Assembly (NCBI RefSeq): GCF_001194135.2 | Contig: NC_068984.1 | Coordinates: forward strand, 65,247,106-65,311,105 | Direction of reading: 5' to 3' | Length of the DNA stretch: 64,000 nucleotides | Origin: Octopus bimaculoides | Taxonomy: Eukaryota | Part shown: in pieces, positions 1 to 12,812 of the stretch | How positions within the stretch are numbered: the stretch's first letter is position 1 | How the letters are laid out: every line of letters starts with the position of its first letter | Notes under the pieces: model-generated | The model's input: only the letters and a program-made list of their open reading frames with translations | The model's database searches: none | Told to the model about the DNA's origin: nothing | Program-made: the position numbers and the translations under genes

Positions 1-382
1 ACTATGATATAAGAAGCTGAATTTATTACACCAGATGTCAATATGAAAAACATCAATGCCATACAAGTTGCTACCAATACATTGAGAACACTATTTCTTG
101 AATGTTTATAGTATTTTACTTAATCCGCATAACAGAGTATTCACTGAAGCTTTCAAATCAAGTTCTTACTTGTGTTTTTGGTGGCATTGCTTACTTGAAT
201 TAAAGATAGTCAAATGAAACATTTGTTTAAAGGAACATTTCTGTATTTTCAATATCAACCTTTCATTTTCACATTAAGCTCTATTGAAGAGGCTTTTTTT
301 CTTTTTTTCTCTCATAACATCTGTCCCAGTCAAATATTCTCAACACTCATTTCCATAAAACATTGCTGTTGGAACATAAAGG

Positions 383-387
<5 letters not shown>

Positions 388-446
<59 letters not shown>
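388..446 (+). repeat. (AAT)n microsatellite, ~19 units
   Basis: Perfect AAT run; source of the poly-N ORF 214-495. Confidence 0.98.
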
Positions 447-447
<1 letters not shown>

Positions 448-1589
448 CGAAAGAAAAATAGATTCAGATTTATACAGGTAGAATCTTTTATCTAAATAAA
501 AATATTTTATTAGATAGATGTGGTTATAACAAAGTAAATGATAGAGGATTATGAGGGTAGTGATGACAGCAATAATAAAGACAACGGTGGTATTATGAGA
601 GTATTGTTACTATTATTTGTGGTGATGTGTCCAAGTTAACCATTATTACTGGAATTAATATCAATCCTAATCATCCTTATTAAAACAAGATTAATCCATT
701 GTCTTCTTATTTTCATAACTTGATATAGAAAGAACATTTTATGGAAAAAGAAAGAGCATGCAAGTCTGTCTGAAGAGAGAAACATTTTAACTGAATAATT
801 ACAAATGTTTATTTTTATTTGGATCAAAGAATACCAGGCTTAATGCCATATGCTTCCCTAGAGTGTGTCAGTTATTCTCAAAGATGTTACTGGATGCACA
901 ATTTGCATGAAGGGAAACATGTTTCGAAAGCAAGGTATTGTGTGTGATAAATGAAAGTTACTGAATAAAACCAATGATGAGCAAGCAAGCAATGATTAAA
1001 AGGAAAACGTGGAGAGGGAGCTCTTTCACAAATCAATAACTGCTTTGGAATTTCTATTTCAATTAAAATAACTAAAATTGAATAAGAATTTGAAATTCCG
1101 AAAGCAATTAAGCGAAATTAATCATGAGAGAAGCATTCTCTTTGAAATTCACACACTCAGTGAGTAAATCTAGATTTTTGTTTAGAAAGATATTATACTG
1201 GTTTGGGTTGAAAATATACAAAAAAAAAAAAAAAAAGAAAAATATCTATTTTTTTAAGAAAAAAAGAATAGATTTAAGTTTTATTTGTAATTCTATTTTT
1301 TACCTTTATTTCATTAACTAAGCTTCCATATTTTAAAGACAATTTTTGGTGTTTATTTCAGAACAAAATTGAAGATTAAAATTCTAATAGACTGTCTTGC
1401 TAAGTGAAATTCGGTGAAGAGGGAATGCATATGTAGAGATTGATGTTGGAACTTTTCCAGTTATCAAAATAATTCCAGAAATCAAATATAATTGTTTTAA
1501 TTTCAATATATTTTTTATTGTAAAATATTTCTTTAAATTTTGTTTAAATACTTGAGAAATTCAGAAAGTTTAAAAATATCTAACAGGTA

Positions 1590-2150
1590 TTACTCTTTTA
1601 TTGCTTTAGTGACAGCGGCAAAGAATGTGCAGGAAAGGAGTTGCACTGAGTTAATGCCTTGGATGGAAGGACTGCATATATTGTTGAATGTAAACCTGAG
1701 AGACATAAAAGAGACTGGTGAATTAAGTGCCTGGATAATGGTGGCAGTGTGGGACCTGTCAACTGCAGAGGCCACTCTAGTAATGTAGAAAAGGCAGGGA
1801 GATGAGATAATTAGAGTTTGGAGTATGTCAGTGAGTGACTTCATGCCAATTAACTGAATAACCTTTTAGGATACTTACATGTGTAGCAGCAGTATCACTG
1901 TCCCAAATATGGGACCAATACTTCATAGTGAGTTCCACCTGAGCATAATAGAGGATCAGAAGTTGTTCAGGAATTATTTTGGGAATTTGAAGAGGAAGGC
2001 CAGACTTCGTGATTTTGTTTTCTTTTTATATATTGAAGATTTTGTTAGGTGTGTTCATAAGGTGAAATTCTTCGTGGTGGCCAAGTCTAGTATGTGTAGT
2101 GAACTTGAATGTTCTAGGAGTATTTCGATTGTACTTAGAGAGGATGCAGT
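1590..2150 (-). mobile_element. Degenerate non-LTR retrotransposon, ORF2 C-terminal region (CR1/L2/Jockey-like)
   Basis: Manual minus-strand translation across frameshifts gives LEHSSSLHILDL..., then PEQLLILYYAQVELTMKYWSHIWDS (1971-1897), then SLPFLHY*SGLCS. These match the post-RT motifs of CR1/Jockey-group LINEs (P-QLL-LYKAQVRP-MEYCSHIW; SLSLFYRYY-GLCS). Stops and frameshifts are present. Confidence 0.75.
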
Positions 2151-4347
2151 GTGATGACAGTTGCTTTATATGTACAGTGACCATCACCACTCCAATGCCC
2201 ACTACTATATTGATGATATCTCAGTAAAAAAATACTTTCTGTTCAATGGATCAGAGCAGATTTAGTATAATGAATCTAGGATATATGTGGATGATGCTTG
2301 AATGCAAACAATTATGGAAGAAGGGAGCATAGTATTATCTGTATAGTATTGGATATTAAAGGAGATGACACAGAGGAACATCTGAGGTGCTAGTGTAAAA
2401 CAAATTGAGCTCAATTGCCAAACACTGCAAGGATACAATCTAAGAAGAAATAACAGGCTCAAGAGACAGGAGAATAATGGAGCCAATGTATGTAAAGTTT
2501 TGCCAAGAGATTTTTATCTGATACATCCAACTTATTAATACATTTATATACATCGCACACACACACACACACACACAGTTTCCATTCACCAAATTTCACT
2601 TGTGACACTTTGCCCAAACAAGGCTTAATAGATGTTTTAAAATATAGTAGGTTCAGACCAAACCCATGTACTTCTGAGAAAACTTGATAATAACATAACC
2701 CTGATTAATGAGGGTTTTTAATAAATATTATCTATTTCTTTGGCAAAAGAAATGCTTCTCAAAAAATAACTATTTCAATAAATATTGATATTAGGTAAGA
2801 ATAAGTTTCACAAATAATATTCTAGTATATCAATCTACATTGATGAAAAATTTTGCTGTATAATATGTGAATCATTTGTGCACCATGTTCAATCTCATCA
2901 AGTAATATCACTAAATTTTAGCATTCAACATCGAATGTTAATAACTGATCTTAGGTGAAAATAAAGGGAGTGAATGAATGAACAATTATCAAAAACTTTA
3001 AATTTTGTTTTGTTTTAATCATGTGTGCCTAATATTCATAAACAAAATTTGGATAGAACCCTGGATGAATTTAAAATTGATGCAAGATTATCCAACCAAA
3101 GTACCACACAAAATTCATACACATCCATATGTATTTTTATATGCCTTCATAGTATACGTGTGGAATGATAAAATGTTTTTCAAATTGGTTGAGTAATATG
3201 GTTATAAAATAGCTAGAAACATTTCTAACTAATTTAATAGTGAGACACAATCTAGTGGCATGTTTAAATAATTTGGCGAAGACAGTGTACTATATCACAG
3301 TTATAAACCAGGGTATTAGACTTCAAGAAGTAGGCTACTAAAATTGTTTCCCTGTAAGTGACACATAATGCTAGGTAATATTACTCAATTTACAAAAGTG
3401 CCAATCTAGTGATTGCATAGTAGATTCATAATAAGATGTTATCTTCTCTTAACAAAAGAACAGCTGAATGAGGTATACTTGATAATCATCTGAAACATGT
3501 TGATGGATTCAAATATGTGATAGTGATTGAGAAGGAATGAACAGAGTATTACCAGTTGAATGTGCAATGTTTATACACAAACAAAAGCTGAATATCAGTT
3601 GGTAATGTGGCTGAACCTGAATAGTACTGATCAATGCATGTTGGTGTGAACTTTTAAGTATACATGGACATGATGTGATATTTGAAAAACATCCATGAGT
3701 TGATAGATTTCTAAAGGAAGATTTGGGCAAATTGTTAGGTTTCACAAATAAGTTGACCAAGGATAAAGGTGCAGGGAGAAATAAACTGTTCACTGCATCA
3801 AAGTAAAACACATACTGTAAAAATTATAGATAGTAAGGGGATATTAATGGCTATTATGAGTGTGCTGATGGTAACTATGATGAGGATATATAGCAGTAAT
3901 ATTTGATTAAGCCAAGCTTTTAACATAGCCTTTCAAACAAAATGTGCCACAATTATGAGTAAATTTGCATTAATCTGTCTTAGGAAATATAATTATCAAA
4001 TGAGCTAATTATAAAACTCACCATCAACTCATTATATTATCAATGTGAAACTTGGTAGTAATAAAAGCAAAATTCTCACATTAAATATATGAATGATTAA
4101 ATGAAATTTAGATGAACATTAGATACTGCCTTTCTACTAGATGCCAAGTATTGCAAGGATTTTTTTATAAAACATGCATGCATATTTCTTGCCAAAAATA
4201 TGTAAATAAATAATTCAATATGGAATAGAAATTAAAAACTCCATAGTCCAATATCAATTAATTTGTTTATATAACATCTTATTTTAAGTTTATTTATTTC
4301 ATGCCACTTTTAAATAACTGTCTTTTGATTTTCTATTTTCTTTTCAG

Positions 4348-4420
4348 TTCTTTTTATATGGCCATTGTCTTCACCTTAATTGCTGCCTTGCACCCATCCA
4401 TAGTGACTATGAATGGCTGA
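4348..4420 (+). CDS. Candidate terminal exon of unknown gene (hydrophobic C-terminus)
   Basis: Long pyrimidine tract plus CAG ending at 4347. One frame reads SFYMAIVFTLIAALHPSIVTMNG* (TGA 4418-4420). No protein recognised. Confidence 0.2.
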
Positions 4421-6747
4421 TCTTAGTTTAAACATGTGCCATTAATTAAGCCATGAAATATTGTCTTCAATTTAGGGAAAAATAAGATAGGAGGGAAAGG
4501 AGATAGACGTGTATGGAATTCAAAGAATGGGTGGTTTGATTGGAAAACTAACATAAATGTGCAAGTCAAACATTGGTTACCATAAAGAAATTAATGAACA
4601 AGTATAAACTTGACCCATGTTTGACACCCATATAATTTAATCACTTCTGTGTTTAGCAGTATGAATAAGCACGATTAAATGTGATCAATTAAAAAACAAA
4701 AAAAGAACAGTTTACAAAAACCATCAAATTCAAAACAGATTTGTTGACATGGCTGCTTCATTCGACTAACTTTGTGAAGAACTATATGATTTTTATGAAA
4801 TCCTTCAAAAAAATTCTTTTCTTTGTTTCCAAACTTTAATTCATAAGAATTACTTTACAAAGGACCACTTGCTCAAGAAAAATTTGTTTGTTATCCAAAA
4901 TAAATGCCAACAAAGCTAAATTCCATCTAACTATATTACTGGCCTTCAAAATCTTACCTTAGTAACAAATAAGTATTGACAAATCCTGCATTATGCAATT
5001 TAGAAAACGTTAATTTTTATAAAAGTAATTTCATAAACTGATTAAGAATATCAAAAGAAATCACTCCAACTCTAAGTAAAATTTAAGTTATTAGGAGCCT
5101 TTCAGGCTGTGATGGGCCAATAGCATTATTCAGACCTTAACAATAAGTCAGTAATTGGTTAACTTATTAGTTATCTAATTCTTCTTGAATCATGAAGTGA
5201 AATAGGGTTGACTAAATTGCTGTATTTCTCTCTAAATCAGAAATAGATCAAGAGTTTAGGGCAACCAAGCATTTATCTAAGATTCTCTTCTGCCTCATTA
5301 GCTATACATGTAAGTATAAAAGAATGTTCATGTGTGTGTTACTGGATAATACTACTATTTCCCAATTTTACAAGTTTTTAATGTTTGAATGGATTTTATT
5401 GCACCAAAATGTGTTTGTATGTGCAATTATAACAAATATTTTACAAAACAAACTAATGCTTATAACATTGCTTTATATTTTACACACACATGCAGGCACT
5501 AAGATGTATGTAAATTACTTTAAGAAGCCTTCAGCTTCTATTCATAAAAATAGTTACAATGATCACTTGAAAAAATAGTTGTACTTATGCCTCCTATATG
5601 ACATGAAGGCTATCATTTTATGAATCTATCTTTTCAAATTAGCATTATATATCGCTGTATCAGAATTCTTATTCATTTCAATAAATTAAATGCCAACTCA
5701 TAAACATGTGAAAAATCGATAAACTTCAAACTTAATGAAATGTTTTTATCAATATTTGAGTTATAAATCTGAGAATATTTCACTAGAAGTGCAAGATATA
5801 TCAAGAAATAGAGAAATATTGAGAGTATAAACACAATATAAAAAGTATAAAATCCAGACCTCTTTTCAAAGTCATATGAAATTATGAAATCCTGTACATA
5901 TAAGATTTATAGTATTAACTAACATTCAAATTACTTTCAAGCTGAATAAAATATTTTAAAAAAATATATAGTTTATTTCTTTTTAAAGCAAAGTGATGAT
6001 TTAATGGATATTTAAATATTCTTTGCATTATTATATTTGTGACAAAATGAGAATTTTTATTCCACGGGACAGTGTAAATCTTTTGAGTCACACATATATC
6101 AATAATATTTCATTTCCATAAAAAGGCATAAAATATTATTCCCTTATATGGAGGATATTATTAAATAGAAAATCTCTTAAACACTTTAAAGTGAAAAAAG
6201 TATGCAGGATGAAAAGGAAGAAAACATTGCAGCTATCTAAAAAGAAATTTTAATTTTATCCTTACATGATACTATAAAATTATGAAGTTACTTTATAATG
6301 CACCAATATATTATTTAGTATTTAGATAATCCTATAAACTGTATGTGTATAATATATAAACGTCTTTCCTTAGCAATCTTTACGGAATGGCAATGGCAGT
6401 ACATAGTTATACTCATCTCAGGCTAGCACAAAAACTTGGACAATGACATTTGATATATGACTATAGGAATGAATAAATGTTTATAAAGGAATTTGAGTAA
6501 ATACTGTCACTGTGTTAATACATAATGTGAATATATTGACATTCACTTTAATGTATGTAAATATCAATCAGCTATGTTAGTAGGTTTCTTGGTAGATACA
6601 CTGCTATGTTGAAATGTACAGATTTATATTTCCATGGAAAGTAGGTATGTAATATACATAAATGTGAGATTATTGTACAGAGAAACCATTTTTGTTTTAA
6701 ACAAATGACATCTGAGAACAAGTTCATTATACACTAAATGTAATATG

Positions 6748-7085
6748 AAGGTGAATGGCTCAATGGTTAGAACGTCAGGCTCACAATCATGAGGTAGTGA
6801 GTTCAATTCTTAAACCAGGTTGTGTGTTGTGTCTTTGAGCATGACATTTTATTTCATGTTGCTCCCGTTTACTCAGCTGAATAAATAAGTTACAATGTCA
6901 CTAGTACCAAGTTGTATCAGCCATTGTCTTTCCCTTAGATAATGTCGGTGGCATGGAAAAGGGAGGCTGGTATTCATTGGCAACTGCTGGTCTTTTATAA
7001 AACAACCTTGCCTGGACTTGTGCCTTGGAGGGGAACTTTCTAGGTGCAATCCCATGGTTATTCATGACCAAAGGAGGTCTTTACT
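6748..7085 (+). mobile_element. tRNA-derived SINE
   Basis: A-box-like TGGCTCAATGG (6756-6766) and B-box-like GAGTTCAATTC (6799-6809), then a GTGTCTTTGAGCATGACA core and a SINE body ending ...CATGACCAAAGGAGGTCTTTACTCTTTA. Confidence 0.8.
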
Positions 7086-7242
7086 CTTTAATATGGAGAA
7101 TCACAATGGCATAACCTGAAGTAGCATTTAAAGTTAGGTAGTTGAAATTTAGAGTTGCTGAAAGATTTTTATACATACACATACATATGTATGCATGCTT
7201 TTGCAGATAGATAGACACACACACACACACACACACACCTGT

Positions 7243-7375
7243 AAAAGGAGAGGAGAGGCTGTTATGCATAAGTAACTGCTGGTCTTCCATAAAACAACCT
7301 TGCTCACACTTGTGTCTTGGAGGGAAACTTTCTAGGTGCAATCCCATAGTCATTCATGACTGAAAGGGGGGGGGG
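7243..7375 (+). mobile_element. 3' fragment of the same SINE family as 6748-7085
   Basis: Aligns by eye to 6957-7075 at roughly 85-87% identity; ends in a G run. Confidence 0.8.
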
Positions 7376-8683
7376 GGAGAATTACAATGGCATAACCTGA
7401 AGTAGCATTTAGTAAGGTGTTCACAGGATTATGTGTTTATTGCAGACTTAGATATCCCCTTTTATGTTTATGACTGATCACTTATATGCTGACTTCACCA
7501 GTTATTAAAGATATTTTCAAAATGCACTTTCCATACACAGTTTTTCTATTAATTTTTACGTTAATCAGATTTGATCTTGCAAATTTGTGGTATTAAATAA
7601 TAAAAAAAAAATGAATGGCTAGGTACATTTTTTATTTCACTTGTGTTATTTGCCTCAATGAAGTGGTTATGATTATGAATTTAGATATTCATATTTGTCT
7701 TGGCATAGATATTTTGACAATAGGCTGTATTTTCAAGAACTAGCAGCATACAACTTGTAATTATTCTCCAGCTAATCAGGTTGTAGGAAATAAGTAACAT
7801 TGTTTGCTTAAGGTCAAAAATATAATGTCTGAGATGGCTTTTTAATGCAAAATGTATGAAGAATAGCTACAGGCATATTAACAACTCTCCAAGACTATAT
7901 TTATTACAATAGTAGCCTACAATAACCAACTACTAAATCATTAACTCTTTCATTTTATAATCTTCTGTTCTACCTGATAAGATTATTGAAATTCTCATAA
8001 TGTTACAGGAGCAGAAATGAGAAAATATTTTTTCACTCATGCATATTAAATAGCGATATATTTATAGAATTATATAAGCATAAATAACAAAAACCAACTA
8101 TTATTTATTGAACTTACAGATTTTTAAAATTAGCTATCGGTTATATAGCTGGTGAGGAGAACAGCATCTAGAAACTTGTATTTAATGAAGTACTATTTTC
8201 AGTGGTATTTACTTGTAGCAGTAAAAACATTTAGTCTGGACATGTGATAAATACCAGTGTGTGAGTGTGTGTGTGTGTGTTTTCTCACTCTTTCTCACTT
8301 ATTTGTTTACTTTACTTTCTTCACACACAGACACCAATTCATATACATACATTTCAGAAATATTTTTAGTTTCTTCTGTCTTTTACAAGTCCCACAAATA
8401 TTGAGAATTTATGTAACTTTTTAAATTTTCTGCTGTATGATATCTAAACAAAATATTGATTTAGATTTTAATTGCTTCTAGAATTAATATTTATTTCATT
8501 CTAAAGTAGAAAAGAGACATAAACAGAAAAACTACATATTTCTTGTTAGTAAAATTGTTTTGGTATACACCAATGGCAAGTGATTGTAAATGTAGAAACC
8601 AAACCAATTTCCTTCTGTAAATACTTAATAATAATGATAATTATTTTTCACTAATGATTTACCACCTGTTTTGCGTCCTCCAG

Positions 8684-8769
8684 GTCTTACATTACCTGCT
8701 TCATTGAATCCTTCTTTCCCAGACTCTGACCCTGTGGAATTCCATCCCTACACATGTTTTTACATGTAG
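8684..8769 (+). CDS. Candidate terminal exon of unknown gene
   Basis: Branch-like CTAAT (8651-8655), pyrimidine tract and CAG ending at 8683. Phase-1 frame reads (G)LTLPASLNPSFPDSDPVEFHPYTCFYM*. AATAAA lies at 8772-8777, two bases after the stop. The segment is locally GC-richer than its flanks. Confidence 0.3.
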
Positions 8770-11700
8770 CCAATAAAGCATTTTCATTTCTGGTATTGAA
8801 TTTATTGCATAAAAATGACTTCATTTATCAATTCAATTTTTTATTTAACATGCCCATTTTTACTCTTCTTATAGACTAGGTCTACTTCACTTCAAATGTT
8901 CCTGTATTAGGCCAGTACTAACAAACACCAGCAATGGCATGTGTGTTTGTTATTTCTGCATTCATTTATGAGTATTTATTCTTTAATAGCATTTCAGACA
9001 AATTGAGGGATAGACTTCACATCTCCTAACAGTTTCATATATCTCCCTTTTAGAAAATATTTATCACTCTACTATTTCTCTAACATATTTACTCTGTCCA
9101 TAAAACTAAATGCATTTCTACAAGTATTTTAGGTTTTTTAAATCATATAAAATTGGAAGCAACTTATGAAAGTATTTAAAAGGAAGAAGGAATATATTTT
9201 TCATATTGCTTTTAGTGAGTGTCAGCTCTCACTGGTTGAAAATATGTTAACTGATTTCCAAAGTGAACACATGTACATATTTTAGTGTTACATGTATTTT
9301 TGTATATGTATTCATGTATACTAATCATTGTGACAACAGTAAGCAATTTGTAAGAGAGAGAGAGAGTGTGTGTGTGTGTATGTGTGTGTTTGCATGCGCC
9401 TGTGTGTACATACATAAACATGCATATAAATAATACCTACACACACATGTTTAAACATGCATAAAACCAACATTATTTATAACTTTGAAATGTGTCACTT
9501 GAAGAACTGAATTCATCATTTCAAAAACCTAACACAAACAAATAATCTGCATCAAATAAGTCATTCCTTATTTAGAGAGAATATTTTCCTATCTACTTTA
9601 GAGTAATTACTTTGAAACAGAATGGTAATCAGATAAATGGCATAGTCGAAAATGCTAATCTCAATAAACACTAAGATATTACTGATGCTAAATAAATAAG
9701 AAAATTTTTTTTATAAGTGTCTGCATGGGAAAATCCCCTTTTTACATTTGTGTATGTGCATATGTGCAAGAGCATGCATACATATATGGAAGTGTGTGTT
9801 TGTTATTTGTGCATGTATTTATGAGTATTTATTCTTAGCAATATTTTTAAGAAATTTAAAGATAGATGCTAACAAAATGCTGATGTTCACATACAAAGTA
9901 CAAACTCACAAATCCAATTTTAACCAATTTCTTAAAACATATATCTAATATAGCATTAAGATACCCATAATTCTTTATCTGATTAATATTAGTAATTCTG
10001 CTACATATACAAAAATATATTTAAATCAATCTAAGAGGTTACACTTGTGCACTTGAGTTAGATGTTGATCTTTTCAATAGAGTGAAGTAATAGCCTTCAT
10101 ATGTGAAATATTTATTCCAGACTACCTTGCAAACAGAATAGGTGCTAGTCTCCTTGCTAGAAACAGCATTATTATATTGTTGCTAAGCAGCTTCAAGTAC
10201 TTGCATTCATATATATGAATTCATCTAAAATGTATGTGCTTCATAAGTGGGGTTAAATGTAGAAATTTTAAAATGTTTGTTGAAACAATATCTGAAATTT
10301 TGTCATCCATTCAGAGTGAGAATACATAATTTTTTGTTATAGAATACAAAACCTAATTTATTTCTCAGTCAATGATTGAGATAATTATGGGTATTAATGA
10401 GAATTATAGCCAATTATAACAGCTGTAAATTCTGCAATTATTTCTGAGATTTTCTCATCTGCACTTTCAAAAGAAAATATGAGTTTTAATGTATCATTCT
10501 CCATTAGTCTATTATAAACATTATAATATGATTATTTTTGTTACATTTTGGTATCCCTATCCTGATCTTGCACTCATATGAATCTGTCAATGATGCGATT
10601 TAGATGCATTATGTGGTGACAAGTGCAGAAGTTGTTTACCAGGCCCTTCCCCATGAACCTAGCTGTTCAATGACCAGACTTGTGATCTCAGAAGAAAATA
10701 CATGCTGGCAAACTAACTGATTGGAAATGATAACAGATGCTGCAGAGCTTACATAACAAACTCTTCTAGATGCATAAAATACAGTAAGTTTTATGTAGTT
10801 AGTACTATTGTCCAAATACTCACACACACATACATACATTCTCTAGAAAACATGAATATAGCATATTCTCTTGAAAGACATTTCAATAACTAGAAGAATA
10901 CAGAAGATACAGTTTCTATGAAAGTCTTACATAATAATGTTTCAAACTTATATATCAAATTTGCTAGATATCTGCAATCAATTACCATAAGCATCTCACC
11001 TGTCCTCAGTTTATTGCATCATTAGGTTCTGCTATACTGGGATTCTCAAGATATGACAATGGTGTTGGAATTGTTACAGAGTTACGGTTTACTTTTAATT
11101 TCAATATGTCCAGTTCAAACTAAGTACTTTTTGAAACCATAATTTGGAAAATGGATTTTTCCAATTTTACATTGTTATGTGACTTTCATAATATTTGTGC
11201 ATTTATACAGAAATAACATTACCCCAAGTAAACCCCCACATCTATGAATAATTGCTTAGCTATATATATATATATATATCTGTATATATTGCTTTTGTAT
11301 TTGGCTTGCAAGATTCTTTATGTAAATGTGTATGTTGAAGCATATTTTATTGTGTCTGGGATGAGTCATTCAGTTTTTATGCTTTATTAATTAACACACT
11401 TGGCAGTTCAATTTCCACTCATTTACTTATTTATTTTTTCTAAAACTTTCATTGCTCTGTCTGTTATCGGAGGTGTGTTCTTTTTGTCTATTTGTTTGTG
11501 CACATGTGTGTGTATGTATGTGTGTGTATGCATATATATATATATGTGTGTGTATATACTATAATTATCAGTCAAAACTGTGAAACTATGACAAATTGGC
11601 TACACCCTGGCAAACTTTATAAACAGAGATAATTTTACCCCCCACCACCATAAGTTTTTTGTGACAGTTTTTCTGTGAGACAAAGTTGTTCAATTGGATT

Positions 11701-11977
11701 CTGGAAGTTATGATTACCTGTTTAGTTTATGCACTTTGTGCTTTGTGTTAGGCATTTATGGATTTATTTTATGCTCCAGGAATTCGCCAAAACTTTTGTC
11801 AAATTTTAAATAATTTCTGTGTCACATGGTGTAGCAGCATTTGCTGTTTGTTTGTGTTTATATTTGTTTGTATGCAGGCTATTAACAATATTTTACAAAA
11901 ATTCATGGTGTGGTATTGTTTTCAATTCACCCTATCCTCATTGATTCCGTTGCTCACCTTATACTTGTTGATTACAG

Positions 11978-12028
11978 CCATATCCTCGTAAGCTCGGGTT
12001 ATGGGCACCAGGTCGTAACAGAGTGTAG
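11978..12028 (+). CDS. Candidate short exon of unknown gene
   Basis: Branch-like GCTCAC (11952-11957), pyrimidine-rich tract and TACAG ending at 11977. CpG-rich. Frame 0 reads PYPRKLGLWAPGRNRV*. Possible donors at 11988 (GTAAGC), 12025 (GTAGGT) and 12029 (GTGTGT). Confidence 0.35.
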   Translation, partial: PYPRKLGLWAPGRNRV

Positions 12029-12264
12029 GTGTGTGTGCTTGTCTGTTTGTATTACCCATACATATGTATGTATGTATGCATGTATTTCTTTATACTAATA
12101 AAAACTGTGTATCTGTATCAAATAACACAATACATACTTAAAAGTTATTTACATGTTTGACAAAATCTGTAATGAGTGATGCCACATGGTGATGACACAT
12201 GCTGCAATCAAAGTAGAGCAGTCAGTAAAATGATGTTTGTTGGGTGGCATTGGACTAATTTGTA

Positions 12265-12283
12265 TTGCATGTATGTATGTATG

Positions 12284-12340
<57 letters not shown>

Positions 12341-12392
12341 ATATATATATATAATTTATATAAGGGCAATACTATATAATAATGCCTCACGC

Positions 12393-12429
<37 letters not shown>

Positions 12430-12535
12430 GATATGCACACATATACATACATATATACACACAAGTATATTTATACACTCACACATACATCATATGTGCA
12501 TGCATGTATGTAGGTATGTATGAATGTATGTAAAC
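12265..12535. repeat. Compound microsatellite (TATG)n-(CT)n-(TA)n-(CA)n
   Basis: Direct inspection; source of the SLSLSL, ERERER and YIYIYI ORFs. Confidence 0.95.
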
Positions 12536-12641
12536 ACACATCCCCCATTGGCCCTATTAAATCACTTAGAATTATTGAAAGTTCTTAACTCAACACTGTT
12601 TTACACAAACACGCATACACACACAGAGGCATACACACACA

Positions 12642-12812
12642 CACACTTAGTTTGTAACTCACTATGACCCTGTTAAATCATCATAGCATCCCCCTTCACT
12701 ACCCTTTATGTATCACTTGCCCTTTCTCCTATTCACTGTACCATGTAATGTTGAAAGATATCATGTTTCTCTATTCAATTGCCCTGTCACTCTTTATCAC
12801 TCTACTTCTCTT
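12642..12812 (+). repeat. Left arm of long inverted repeat (partner 14983-15164)
   Basis: 12642-12743 matches the reverse complement of 15063-15164 at 88/102 with no gaps; weaker similarity extends ~70 nt further inward. Confidence 0.9.

Noticed and set aside
214-495. 93-aa ORF with poly-Asn
   Set aside because: Translation of an (AAT)n microsatellite; no other coding signal.
895-930. Palindrome GAAACATGTTTC resembling a hammerhead stem III
   Set aside because: No CUGANGA core or properly placed stems I and II upstream.
11975-12028. K+-channel pore-like reading SHILVSSGYGHQVVTEC
   Set aside because: Spacing differs from HCN (SHMLCIGYG) and Kir (TIGYG.R.VTEEC) consensus and the T/C-I/V before GYG is missing; no gene assignment made.
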